Source: Cetorhinus maximus
Lineage: Eukaryota
DNA: 64,000 bases
NCBI RefSeq assembly: GCF_964194155.1
Contig: NC_135880.1
Location: 177,506,001-177,570,000 of the forward strand
Reading direction: 5' to 3'
The translations under genes and the position numbers were made by a program. The notes below the pieces were generated by a model. It made no database searches. It had not been told where the DNA came from and saw only the letters and a program-made list of their open reading frames with translations. Position 1 is the stretch's first letter. Each line of letters opens with the position of its first letter. This document shows positions 36,040-48,005 of this stretch, piece after piece.

Positions 36040-39000
36040 AAGGGAAATGGTGGCATAGTGGTAATGTCACCAGACTTGTAATCCAGTGGCTCAGGCTAAT
36101 GCTCTGGGGACATTGGTTCAAATCCCACCACAGCAGCTGGAATATCTGGATAAAATCTGGAATATAAAACTAGGAGCAGGAGTAGACCACTCGAGCCAGC
36201 TCCACTATTCAATTAGATCATGGCTAATTGTATCCTCAACTCCTGCCTACCCCTGATGATCTTTCACCCCCTTTCTTATCAAGAAACTATCTGCCTCTGC
36301 CTTAAAAATATTTAAAGACTGCTTCCACTGCCTTTTGAGAAAGAGAGTTCGAAAGACTCATGACCTTCAGAGAAAAAAATTCCTCTCTGTCTTCAGTGGC
36401 AACCCCTTTTTTTAAATAGTGACCCCTAGTTCTAGATTCTCCCACAAGGAAAACATCCTTTCCGCATCCATCCTGTCAAGACCCCTCAGGATCTTAAAGA
36501 TTTCAATCAAGTCGCCTCTTACTCTTCTAAACTCCAGTGGATACAAGCCTAGCCTGTCCAACCTTTTCTCATAAGACAACCCACCCATTCCAGGTATTGG
36601 TCTAGTCAACCTTCTCTGAACTGCTTCCAACGTATTTACTTCCTTTCTTAAATGAAGAGAGCAACACTACACTATCCTCCAGATGTGGTCTCACCAATGC
36701 CCTGTATAACTAAAGTATGACCTCCCTACTTTCGTATTCAATTTCTGTTGCAATAAATGATGACATTCTATTAGTTTTCCTAATTACTTGCTGTACCTGC
36801 ATACTAATCTTTTGTGATTCATGCACTAGGACACCCATATCACTCTGCATCTCAGAGCTCTGCAATCTATCACCATTTATATGCTTATTTTTTATTCACC
36901 CTGCCAAAATGGACAATTTTACATTTTCCCACATTATATTCCATTTGCTAGATCTTTGCCCACTCATTTAACCTATCTTTATCCCTTTGTAGCCTCCTTA
37001 TATCCTCTTCACAACTTACTTTCCTACCTATCTTTGTCATCAGCAAATTTAGCAACTAATCTTTGGTCCCTTTCATTCAAGTCATCTATATAAATCGTAA
37101 AAGTGGAGGCCCCAGCACTGATCCCTGTAGCACACCACTCATTACATCTTGCCAACCAGAAAATGACCTATTTATGCCTACTCTGTTTCCTGTTAGCTAG
37201 CCAATCTTCTATTCATGCCAATATGTCACCCCCTACAGCATGAGATTTTATTTTCCGCAATAACATTTGATGTGGCACCTTATCAAATGCCTACAGAAAA
37301 TCTAAATAAAGTACATTCACTGGTTCCCTTTATCCACAGCATGTTGTTTCTTCAAAGAACTCCAATAAATTGGTTAAAGATGATTTCCCTTTCACAAAAC
37401 CAAGTTGACTCTGCCTGCTTACAAATGTAATGCGAGGAAAATTTTTTCACCCAGAGGGTGGTTTGGTGAGGCAGGTTTGATCGAGGTCTTCAAAGGGGAA
37501 TTGGATTGCTACCTGAAATGTGCAAGTTTATGGGGAAAAGGCAGGGGAGTGGGACTCTGTGGAATGCTGATTCAGAGAACCAGTGCAGACTCAATGGGCC
37601 TCCTGCACTGAAAAGATACTGTGATACTACTGTGATTACCTTGAATATTTCCAAGTGCACTTCTATAGCGTCTTTATTAATAGCTTCTAACATTTTCCCT
37701 ATGACAGATGTTAAGCTAACCTGCCTATAGTTTCCTTCCTTCTGTCTGTCTCCCTTTTTGAATGAGTGAAGTTACATTTGCTATTTTTCAAACTAATGGA
37801 ACTTTCCCTGAATCTAGGGAATTTTGGAAAATTAAAACCAGCGCATCAACTATCTCACTAGCCACTTCTTTTAAGACCCTAGGATGAAGTCCATCAGGAC
37901 CCAGGGATTTGTCAGCCCACAGTTCCAACAATTTTCTCAATACCACAGTATCACCTGGCGATTGTAATTTACTTGAGTTCCTCCATTTCCTGATTTACAG
38001 CTATTTCTGGGATGTTACTTGTATCCTCTATAGTGAAGACCAATGCAAAATACCTGTTCAATTCATTTGCCATCTCCTTATTTTCCCTTATTAATTCTCC
38101 AGACTAACTTTCTATAGGACCAAAGCTCACTTTAATTATTTTCTTTTTAGAATATTTATAGAAACTCTTACTATGTTTTTATATTTCTAGCTAGCTTTCT
38201 CTCTTTAATTTTCCCCTCATTAATCTTTTAATCATCCTTTGCTTTCTTTTTATGTTCTGTTCAATCTTCTGACCGGCTACCCATCTTTGCACAGTTATGT
38301 GCTTTTTTTCTTCGCATTTGCTAGTACCTTTAACATTTTAGTTAACCAAGGATGGTGGATCCTCTCCTTGGAAATTTTCTTGTAGGAATGCATCTATTCT
38401 GTGTATTCTGAAATATCCCCTTAGATGTCTGCCACTGCATCTCTTTTGACCTATCCCTTAATCTAATTTGCCAGTTCACTTTAGCTAGCTCTGCTTTCAT
38501 ACCCTCATAATTACCCTTATTTAAGTTTAAAACACTTACCGCACTCTTCTCTCCCTCAAACTAAATGTAAAATTCAATAATATTATGATCACTGCTACCT
38601 GGGAGTGCCTTTACCATGAGGTCATCAATTAATCCTATCTCATTGTACAATACCAGGTCTAGTATAGCCTGCTCTCTGGCTGGCTCCAGAACATGCTGTT
38701 CTAAGAAACTATCTCAAAAACATTTTATGAACTCATCTAAGTTACCTTCGCCCATCTGATTTTTCCAGTCTATATGCAGATTAAAATCCCCCATGATTAT
38801 CACCGTAACTTTCTGACAAGCTCCCATTATCTTTTCCTTTATACTCTGTCCTACCATGTAGTTACTGTTAGGGGGCTTGTACACCACTCCCACAAGTGAC
38901 TTCTTGCCTTTATCATTTCTCATCTCTACCCAAACCGCTTCTACATCCTGCTTTCCTGAACTTAGGTCATCCCTCTCTGTTGTGCTAAAGCCACCATTAA

Positions 39001-40190
39001 TTAACAGAGCCATTCCTCCACCATTCCTTTCCTAGTTCCCTATCCTTCCTAAGTGTCATGTATCATTCAATATTCCGGTACCAATCTATGTCATCCTACA
39101 ACCATGTTTCTGTAATGGCTATTAGATTGTACTTATTAATCTCTGTTTGCACTATCAGTTCATCCATTTTGTTTCAAATGCTATATGCATTCAGATACAG
39201 AGCCTTTAATTTTGTCCTTTTATTATTTTTGTAACTGCTAGCCTTATCTGCTGATTTACTCTTAGATTTATGCTCTCTATCTCTTCCTGTCACAGTCTGT
39301 TTATCATTCCCATATTAGTACCTTTCTCTCTTGCCTTGTCTCTTTTTGATTTACCACATCTTCCCAAATTTAACCCCTTGTCCCCACTATTTAGTTAAAA
39401 ACCCTCTCTACTTCTCTAGTTAGCTCACTAGAATACCAGCCCCAGCACGGTTCAGGTATAGACCGTCCCAATGGTCCTTTCCCCAGTACTGAATGCCAGT
39501 ATCCCATGAACCGGAACCCACTTCTCCCACATCAGTCTTTGAACTACGCATTCATTTCTCTAATCTTATTTGCCCTATGCCAATTTGCATGTGGCCCAGG
39601 TAATAATCCAGAGATTATTACCTTTAAGGTTCTTCTTAATTTGGTGCCCAGCTCCTCATACTGATCACGCAGAACCTCCTTCCTTGTCCTGCCTATGTCG
39701 TTGGTACCTAGATAGACCTTGACAACTGGATCATCCCCCACTCCCACTGCAAGTTCCTCTCCAGCCCTAAGCAGGTGTCGAACCCTGGACTTCTGGACTT
39801 CCACTCTTTGCTGCAGAGAACAATGTCAATCCCCCTCACTATACTGTCCCCTACTACCACCATATTCCTGTTTGTTCCCCCCACTTGAATGGCTTCCTGT
39901 ACATGGTGTCATGGTCAGTTAGCTCATAAAGCTAGTCTCACCGGTGACCATGACAACTATCATCAATTGGTGTAAAAACCTATCTGGTTCAATAATGTCA
40001 TTCAGGGAAGGAAATCTGCTGTCCTCGTCCAGTCTGAGCCTATATGTGACTCTAGGTCCACAGCTCTGTGATTGACTCTTAACTGCCTTCTGAAATGGCC
40101 TGGTTAGCTACTCAATTCAAGGGCGATTTAGGATGGGCAACAAATGTTGGCTTTGCCAGCGATGCCCACATCCCATGGAAGAATAAAAAG
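36040..40190 (+). mobile_element. tRNA-SINE split by a CR1 insertion (head 36040-36173, body and tail 39926-40190)
   Basis: The head stops at ATAAAACTAG and the SINE resumes at ATAAAGCTAG (probable 10-bp TSD, one mismatch). Confidence 0.7.
36174..39925 (-). mobile_element. Long decayed CR1 LINE with ORF1 SGNH-esterase, APE endonuclease and RT remnants
   Basis: 39544-39804: YLGTNDIG...KVIISGLLP (esterase-type ORF1); 38714-39013: VEAVWVEM...GVVYKPPN...IIMGDFN (APE); 36412-36630: RT C-terminus. Confidence 0.88.
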
Positions 40191-42014
40191 AAATACTCAT
40201 AGGGAATTTAGAAGAAACTTCTTTACCCAGAGTGTGGTGGGAATGTGGAACTTGCTACTACAGTGAGTGTTTGAGGTGAATAGTATACAGTAGATGCATT
40301 TAAGAAGAAAGTAGATAAACACGTGATGGAGAAGAAAATAGAGGATTATGCGGACAGAGTTAGGTAAGGAAGGAGGGCAATATAAACACTAATGTGGACT
40401 GGTAGGGATGAATAGCCCACTACCGTCCTGTATATTCCATATAGCTGTTCACCTCAACTAGTCCATGTGGTAACAAGTTGCACATTCTCACAGCAACAAC
40501 AACTTGTGTTTATTGAGCACCTTTAATATAGTAAAATATTACAATGTGCTTCACAGAAACGTTATCAAACGAAAGCTGATCCCGAGCCACAGAAGGACAT
40601 GTTAGGACAGATGACAAAGTGTTGGTTTTAAGGAACATCTTAAAGGAGAGAAGAGAGTCGAGGGGTTTAGGGAGGGAATTCCAGGGCTTTAGGGCCTCAG
40701 CCACTGGTAATGGTTGAGCGATTGAGAGTTGTGCAAGAGGCCAGAATTGGAGGAGCACAGATAACCTAGAGGGCTGGAGGAGGTTATGGAGATTGGGGAC
40801 GAGTGGATGGAGGGCATAGAAAGATTTGGAAAAAAGGATGGGAAGAGGCTTGATGGACAGAAGTGCCATTCTCTGAGTAAAGAGGTTTCTGCTGAATTCT
40901 TAATAGATTTATTAATGGCTATTTGTGGCCCTTAGTTTTAGACTTCTTAAACGTGGAGCTTTTTAAAAAAAGCTGTCCAGATTGTGTGTTTGAATCAAAG
41001 ATAACCTCTTGCTGCAGAGGATACAGGAGGTCATGAGCTGTAATTTCAAGATGTGCTGATATTTTTCAAAACCCAGGATGGTAGTCAGTTGTATCATTGA
41101 GGAAACAAGAGTACACAAGACTGACTATAGATGAAGAGCTTTTTGTGATGACCGCTGCCCCTAGGAGGACCATCTTCAGCTCCTGGAATGGCTGTCATTA
41201 GAAGGAAAGAGTAGGAAATGCTGCAGTCATTTTGTGCACAGCAAGCTTTCATAAACATCGATGTGATAAAGACCAGATAAACGCTTTTTTTAACGATGGC
41301 GGTTAAGGGATAGTAGAACTCCCCTGCTTTTTAAAAAAATAATGCCATGGGATCTCTATGTCCCCTGAAGAAAGCTCGGTTTAACGTCTCATATAAAAGA
41401 CAGCACTTCAGACGGTACAGCACTCCTTCAGAACTGTGCTGAGCATCAGCTTGGATTTTGTGCTAAGGTCTCTGTAGTTATTGGATTGTTATATTTGTAT
41501 CTCCAACTCTTGCTATTTTACCTTGTCTCAATAAGTTTCCCTCCCACCCAATTACATCCCCCCTGCCACATAAGAGCCACTTTATCTCTTGCATACTGTA
41601 AATTGTCTTTAGGACCCCTCTATCCCCCTCATACCCAAGAGTAAATAGGTTCACCATGGCCATCAAGACTTCTCTTCATTGCAATGTGACTAACTGCTCT
41701 GTCTGCTGCCAGGTAACCTCTTAACAACAATGACAGGAATAAAAGTGGGGAGGTAGAAGCCTTAGGATATGGGGCAGAATTTTGCCCTTGGCAGGCGGGG
41801 GCGGTCGGAAAGCTGACCGCCGACTGCCGCCCGCGATTGGCACTGCACCGCGATTTCATGCTGACGGGCCAATTAAACCCCGCCCAGTGTGAAAGGCAGC
41901 TGGGGAAGCTCCGAGAAGGGGCGGGCAGGGGCATGATGTCAACCGGGTCCAATGACGGCCCGGCAGCTGATTCAAAAGCAGCCTAGGCTGCCACAGAAGG
42001 ACGCTGAAGTCTCG

Positions 42015-43885
42015 ATGGACTCCAATGTGGTTGGACATGGCAGGTGGGAGGGCAGGTCGGTGGGGCAGTCAGCCCTGCGTTTCTCCGATGAGTGCCTCGC
42101 TGCCCTCCTGGAGGAGATGGCAGCCAGGAGGGAAACCCTTGTCCCCAGAGACAGGAGGAGGAGGCCCCTGCACCTCACCAAAAAGGCCTGGGAGGTGGTT
42201 GCATCCAGGGTGAGCAGCCAAGACGTGGTGAGGTGTACATGGGTGCAGTGCTGGAAGCACTTCAACGATCTGCAATCGGGAAGGGTGAGTACTGTGTTGG
42301 CATGGGTCAGTGTGCAGAACAGTTCAGGGTTGGCCATCCCCCCCCGTGGACCTGAGGGGTGTTAGAGTGAGTGGCAACTGTCAATGACGCCGAGCTGGCC
42401 AAGAGGGTAAGCCCTGGCCGCGTGGACTGAGTGCCTTGCGGCTCAAGGGCCACGAATTGGTTGAGCCCTGTCAGGTGTTCCTCAGCTGGGGTTGGTCAGA
42501 CTGCAATGGCACTGCAGGTAGAGAATGGACTAATCGATGCTCCTCTATCCTTTCAGGAGAAGACAACCCATAACAATATTGAGAGGTCGCAGACTGGCGG
42601 GGACTCCCACACCACCTAATCCTGACGCGCTATGAGCAGGAGGCCCTGGAGCTCGAGAGGCGGCATGCACCTTGGTCAACCGGCCACAGTGAGGTTGGGG
42701 TGCCAGATGAAGGTAAGAGTGCAGTGCACTGAGGTGAGAATGTCAGCTATTGCAACCATTGCAGTGTAGGTTCTATATTGATGTGAGCCTTGAAACTGGA
42801 GTCCTCATTGATAGTGGAAAGATGAGGGCACCATGATGCAGATATCTGTTGACTCACCAGGGTGCCTATCATGCACAGTGACAGTGCCATAACTTAAATT
42901 ATGACATGTCCTTTTTCTCCCTTTTAGGTTCACCAGCAGGCGCTCGCAATGAGGACCCTGAAGGCCCACCCCTGACCCCGGAGAACCACCATGCTCAGCA
43001 TGCATCTGCGTCATACCCTGTCAAGCATGCACCAGCGCAGATACCAGCACCTCGGTGGGCATAAGATCGCCACCTAGTACCTTGGTGCACATTGGTGAGA
43101 GCACTTCACACTCGCTTGAGGTGCAGGCAGAGGCAGAGTGTCCCAGGGCGCCGGCAGTCAGAGGACTGCTGGAGACCAGGACAATGCTCAGTTGATGGCT
43201 GATGGTGGGCCTCTGGAGTCGTCCATTAGGCAGCAGATGCTGGAAGTCCAGCGGGGTGAGTGGGAGGATCTGGTGGAGATACATGAGGGAATGCGTGCCA
43301 TGGTCTCCGTTTGGGAGGAGTCCCTGCGGACATGACCACTGCGTTGACCCTCATGGCCGAGCATGAATGCCTCTTCCACTGAGAGAGTGGCGACTCTCAT
43401 GGAGAGGCTACTCCAAGGACTTAATCAGGGGTCCTTGGGGATGCACTCAGACCTGCAAACCCTCACACCGACAAAGCTGGTCAGTGTCAATGGGGGAGAT
43501 GGATTTGGCACCCAGTATCCCAGCTAGATGCCCGTCCATCAATGGTGAGCAGGGAGGTCCAGAGCGACCTCACGTTGGCACACGAGCTGCCTGTCGTCTC
43601 TGTGGGCTCCTCTCAGGGTGCTCCAGATGACGCCAGCAGCTTCTCTGTCCCTCTGCCAGTGACCGTGGCATCTGATGAGGCCACAGTGACTGGGGAGATG
43701 CCAGCCGTGGCACTGGCCGCTCCCTCCCTGGCAGGGCCTTCACAGGCTCCACGGGCCAGAGGACAATCGCCAAGGTCATCAAGGCCAACATGACAGCAGA
43801 GTCAGCAGGCTGTCTCCAATGCCGGTGCCAGTGAGTGGGGAGCACCTAGACGTCACACCTGCAAATGTACATGTAAAGCACCTTA
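42015..43885 (+). pseudogene. Harbinger Myb/SANT-like DNA-binding protein, 3 exons (42015-42284, 42557-42712, 42928-~43885), disrupted
   Basis: ALRFSDECLAALLEEM...KKAWEVVASRVSS...RCTWVQCWKHFNDL; GT-AG introns; EKTTHN...QTGG; frameshifts and stops downstream. Confidence 0.8.
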
Positions 43886-44211
43886 AGCACAAGACGGCTT
43901 TATCACGGGTGATATTTTGTTCCCCCATTTTGTTTTAACTTTTTAAATGGTGTGATTAAGTACACCGGTTTATGTTCATTTCAGCTATGTTTTACATGCA
44001 CAATTAAATGAGATTTTATTTTGTGCTATTGGCCTGAGTATGCTTCATTTGTTCTGTAGGTGCAGGGTAAGCCATTATGTAATGATGGACGTGTGTCTCC
44101 TGAAACTTAATTGCACAGAGCGTATGTTGGTGGCCAAGGGAACTGGTCCTCTCTAGGATCAGGTATGGAGCCTGCAGCCCTGGCATGTGGTGGTGGTTCT
44201 TATTTGGTAGG

Positions 44212-45409
44212 CTAGCTGAAGGAGTGTTGGATCAAAGCGTCCTGGGTGTCCCTGCCTCCCTGGAGGTGACCCAGGTCAGCATCCATGCTCTCAGCATTCT
44301 CCTCACTGTGTTCGTCCTTGAACTCACTACTGAATTCAACCTCTGTGGCCTACGCAGCTGCGTCAACATCCTCTTCCTCCACTGGGTCCCCCCTTGCCAG
44401 TGCCAGATTGTGCAGACCGCAGCAAGCAACCACTATCAGTGACATGTGCTCTGGGAGGTATTGCACTGTGCCCCCTGAACGGTCTAGGCATTGGAAGCGC
44501 GTCTTGAGAAGACCTATGGTATTCTACCACAGCCCTTGTGGAGGCATGGCTCCTGTTGTACCGCTGCTCAGCCTCTGTTCTTGGGTGGCGGAGAGGCATC
44601 ATGAGTCACCTTTTGAGGGGATAGCCCTTATCACCCAGCAGCCATCCATCCAGTCAGGCTGAATTACTGAAGAGCCTTGGAGCTGGAAGTGTCTCAGGAT
44701 GTAGGTGTCATGGGAGCTGCCAGGGTACCTTGCACAGACTTGCTGAATCTGCATTTTGTGATCTCACACTATCTGCATGTTCATGGAGTGGAACCTCTTC
44801 CTGTTGACAAAGGCACCCAGCTCACCCACTAGCACCTTGATGACCACATGTGTGCAGTCGACGGCACCCTGGACATGGGGGAACCCAGCAATCGCTGCAA
44901 AGCCTATGGCTCGCTCAGCCTGGCTGCCCCTGTCCATACAGTAATGAATGAAAGTCAATAACTGCCTGAACAGAGCTTCTGTCACCAGCTTGACGCAACA
45001 ATGGACAGCTGATTGGGAGACTCCACACAGATCCCCCACTGAGTCCTGGAAAGAGCCAGAGGGCCACTGGTATGGGGTCTCCACCCACACAGTCGGAGCT
45101 GATCTCAGGCCCAATAATCTAACAAATAGAGGTCAATATCTCCCTTGAGTGACGAAGTATCCTTCGGCATTGCACCTCGGACATATTGAGGTAGCTTCAT
45201 TGCCGCCTGTAAACCCTGACAGTGAGATAGTGCCGTCTTCTGTGGCCCCTTCCGCCTTGGACAGCCAGCTGGCCCTGACCCCCTTGTTCCGGCATCCCTC
45301 CTCCCACAGGTAGTTCCCCTGGAAGCTGCATAGGGACACCTGGCCTCCTCTTGCTTCTGCCCCTCTCTTCCTCAGAGTAGGTGCCACCAGCAGCGACCAC
45401 AGTCCCCAT
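44212..45409 (-). pseudogene. Harbinger (HARBI1-like) DDE transposase, disrupted
   Basis: GSFQ..VGDLCGVSQSAV; GFPHVQGAVDCTHV; FVNRKRFHSMNMQIVCD; YPGSSHD; LLGDKGY; EQRYNRSHASTRAVVE; CCGLHN; several frameshifts. Confidence 0.9.
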
Positions 45410-46386
45410 TACCAGGGCTATGGAAGGCTGTCTGAATACTGGAAGGGCCCACACGGCCTGAATCCTCCAGGGGCCTGGAAGACACCAATCAGTCATGAAA
45501 TGAAGCTTAGAAATGCTCAGAATGCAGCTTTGAAGCGAGATGAAGCTGTCCAGTTCACAAAATCAACCAGCAGCACACTATCGCCAAAAGTCCTCACAAC
45601 TCACATTGACAATGCTGCTGACCCTTTTTATCCCACCCGTGGATGAACTTTTGCAAACCATGGCCTGCCCGCCTGCCCATTTTGCCCTTGCAACGGCTGA
45701 AAATTCACACGGGCTATGTAAACTCGGAGACAATTGGTGTGTCAAGGGTCTTAACTGGCCTCTTAATTAATGGCGGGCACACCCCCATCTCCCTCATGTG
45801 CACGCCTAGCGAAATATCGTGAGAATGAGCGTTGACATTGTCAACACGCGTCATCTCACACTTGAGCGGGTCGGGCGTGCGCCTGCCTGCCAAGCGAAAA
45901 ATTCTGCCCATGGTCACTGCTTTTTTCTTTCATTGTAGAGTTGACTGTAATGCCCCAGGAACAGAAGTATGTCACTCAGCCCATTGAGCCTGTTCCACCA
46001 GTTAATCAGAGCATGGCAGATCAATAGCTTACCTCCATTCACCTGCTTTGGTTTAGTAACCCTCAGTAGCCTTGCCTAATAAAATCACATGTTTGGATGT
46101 ACCAGAACAAATTGTTGTTTTCCCAGTGGATCTCATGAAAAACTAAAATCAGCTGAATCCGCAAACAATGGAAAGATATTTTGGAGCTTGTTCAAGGAGC
46201 CAAAATTTTCCAATTGTTGGGTGAAGTTTAGGATTGAAATAGAGGAACAAGAGACCATTCAGTCCCTTGAGTCAGTTGCACCATTCAATCAGATCGTGAC
46301 AGATCACCACAAAGGCAATTAGGGATGGGCAACAAATGCCTGCCTTGCTAGGGACACTAACATCCCATGACAGAAAAAAAAGTCAC

Positions 46387-46589
46387 GAGTATTGCTGAAA
46401 AAAAGGACACGCTGTCAAAGCTCTTCATCTTGCACGCATTAGGACAGAATCTACCAATCAGAAACTCACTTCACAACCAATCAGCACCCTTTTCTCGTGC
46501 AGTATAGATTTGTTGTTCCCTTTGAAATTTGGTATTCTTGCAATTCTATCCTGATGAAACAGCATGTCTCTCTTTTTTCAGCAATACTC
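46387..46589. mobile_element. 203-bp inverted-repeat element with hammerhead-like remnants
   Basis: 17-bp perfect inverted ends GAGTATTGCTGAAAAAA / TTTTTTCAGCAATACTC; two CCAAT boxes inside; CTGATGA at 46551; degenerate HHR-like motif on the minus strand at 46414-46445. Confidence 0.6.
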
Positions 46590-46955
46590 AAGATTTGTAG
46601 GAACAAGTGACTATTTAAAAAGTAATTTCCTTGGTTAGAAAAACTAATCAAAGGTTTACCTCCATATAATGAATATGGCCATTTTTACTTTCGATGGAGC
46701 TGTGGATGGAGGAAGATTAAATGGCATATATTCAATTATACGCAATATACATTAGTATATAGTCCCCATCACATGCTATGCTGAATCCTCATTAATTTAT
46801 ATTGCATTTTTTATATGACATGAACCTTTCCCCCATAAACTTGTTGTATGAATGAGCTTAAAGACATCTCCAGCCCTTACCCAAAATAAATCCATATATA
46901 CTAAGCAGCATACATACTTGTCACCACTCCTTACAGCCAACAGAGACTACTTTTA

Positions 46956-48005
46956 CAAAAACAGAATTACCTGGAAAAACTCAGCAGGTCTGGCAGCATC
47001 GGTGGAGAAGAAATCAGTTAACGTTTCGAGTCTTCATGACCCTTCGGCAGAACTGAATATAGTTAGGAGAAAGATGAAATATAAGCTGGTCTAAGGTGGG
47101 GGGGGCGGGGGGAGAGAGAAGTTGAGGGTGTGGTTATTGTGGAGATAAGCAAGCAGTGATAGGAGCAGATAATCAAAAGGTGTCACAGACAAAAGGATCA
47201 AAGAGGTGTTGAAGGTGGTGATATTGTCTAAGAAAGGTGCTAATTAAGAATGGAAGACAGGATACTCAAGGTACAGCTCTAGTGGGGGTGGGGTGGAAAG
47301 ACTAACAAAGTTTTAGTTTTAGATTTAAAAATAATGGAAATAGGTGGGAAAAGAAGAATCTATATAAATTATTGAAAAAAAAGGGAGGGGGGAGAAACGG
47401 GGTGGGGATGGGGGGAGGGGGGAGAAACGGGGTGGGGATGGGGGGAGGGGGAGTTTAAGATCTAAAGTTGTTGAATTCAATATTCAGCCCGGAAGGCTGT
47501 AAAGTGCCTAGTCGGAAGATGAGGTGCTGTTCCTCCAGTTTGCGTTGGGCTTCACTGGAACAATGCAGCAAGCCAAGGACAGACATGTGGGCAAGAGAAC
47601 AGGATGGAGTGTTAAAATGGCAAGCGACAGGGAGGTTTGGGTCTTTCTTGCGGACAGACCGCAGGTGTTCTGCAAAGCGGTTGCCCAGTTTGCGTTTGGT
47701 CTCTCCAATGTAGAGGAGACCGCATTGGGAGCAACGGATGCAGTAGACTAAGTTAGGGGAAATGCAAGTGAAATGCTGCTTCACTTGAAAGGAGTGTTTG
47801 GGCCCTTGGACGGTGAGGAGAGAGGAAGTGAAGGGGCAGGTGTTGCATCTTCTGCGTGGGCATGGGGAGGTGCCATAGGTGGGGGTTGAGGAGTAGGGGG
47901 TGATGGAGGAGTGGACCAGGGTGTCCCGGAGGGAACGATCCCTACGGAATGCCGTCGGGGGGTGAAGGGAAGATGTGTTTGGTGGTGGCATCATGCTGGA
48001 GTTGG
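46956..48005 (-). mobile_element. Penelope-like element, 5'-truncated, GIY-YIG domain open
   Basis: ORF 47455-47994: CPRRRCNTCP...NLVYCIRCSQCGLLYIGETKRKLGNRFAEHLRS; 14-bp TSD AGAGACTACTTTTA (46942-46955 and 48014-48027). Confidence 0.92.
47014..47056 (-). ncRNA. Hammerhead-like motif with variant core CUGCCGA
   Basis: Minus strand TCAGTT-CTGCCGA-A-GGGTC-ATGAA-GACTC-GAAACGTT-AACTGA; 6-bp stem I, 5-bp stem II with one G-U pair. Confidence 0.6.

Larger units (their letters stand above)
41772..45909. mobile_element. Full-length PIF/Harbinger DNA transposon (decayed)
   Basis: TIRs GGGCAGAATTTT...CTTGGCAGGC at both ends; 3-bp TSD ATG (41769-41771 and 45910-45912); convergent Myb/SANT and DDE genes. 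Confidence 0.92.

Noticed and set aside
41952-45409. Domesticated HARBI1/NAIF1-like host genes
   Set aside because: Both genes are frameshifted and enclosed by TIRs and a TSD, so this is a decayed transposon.
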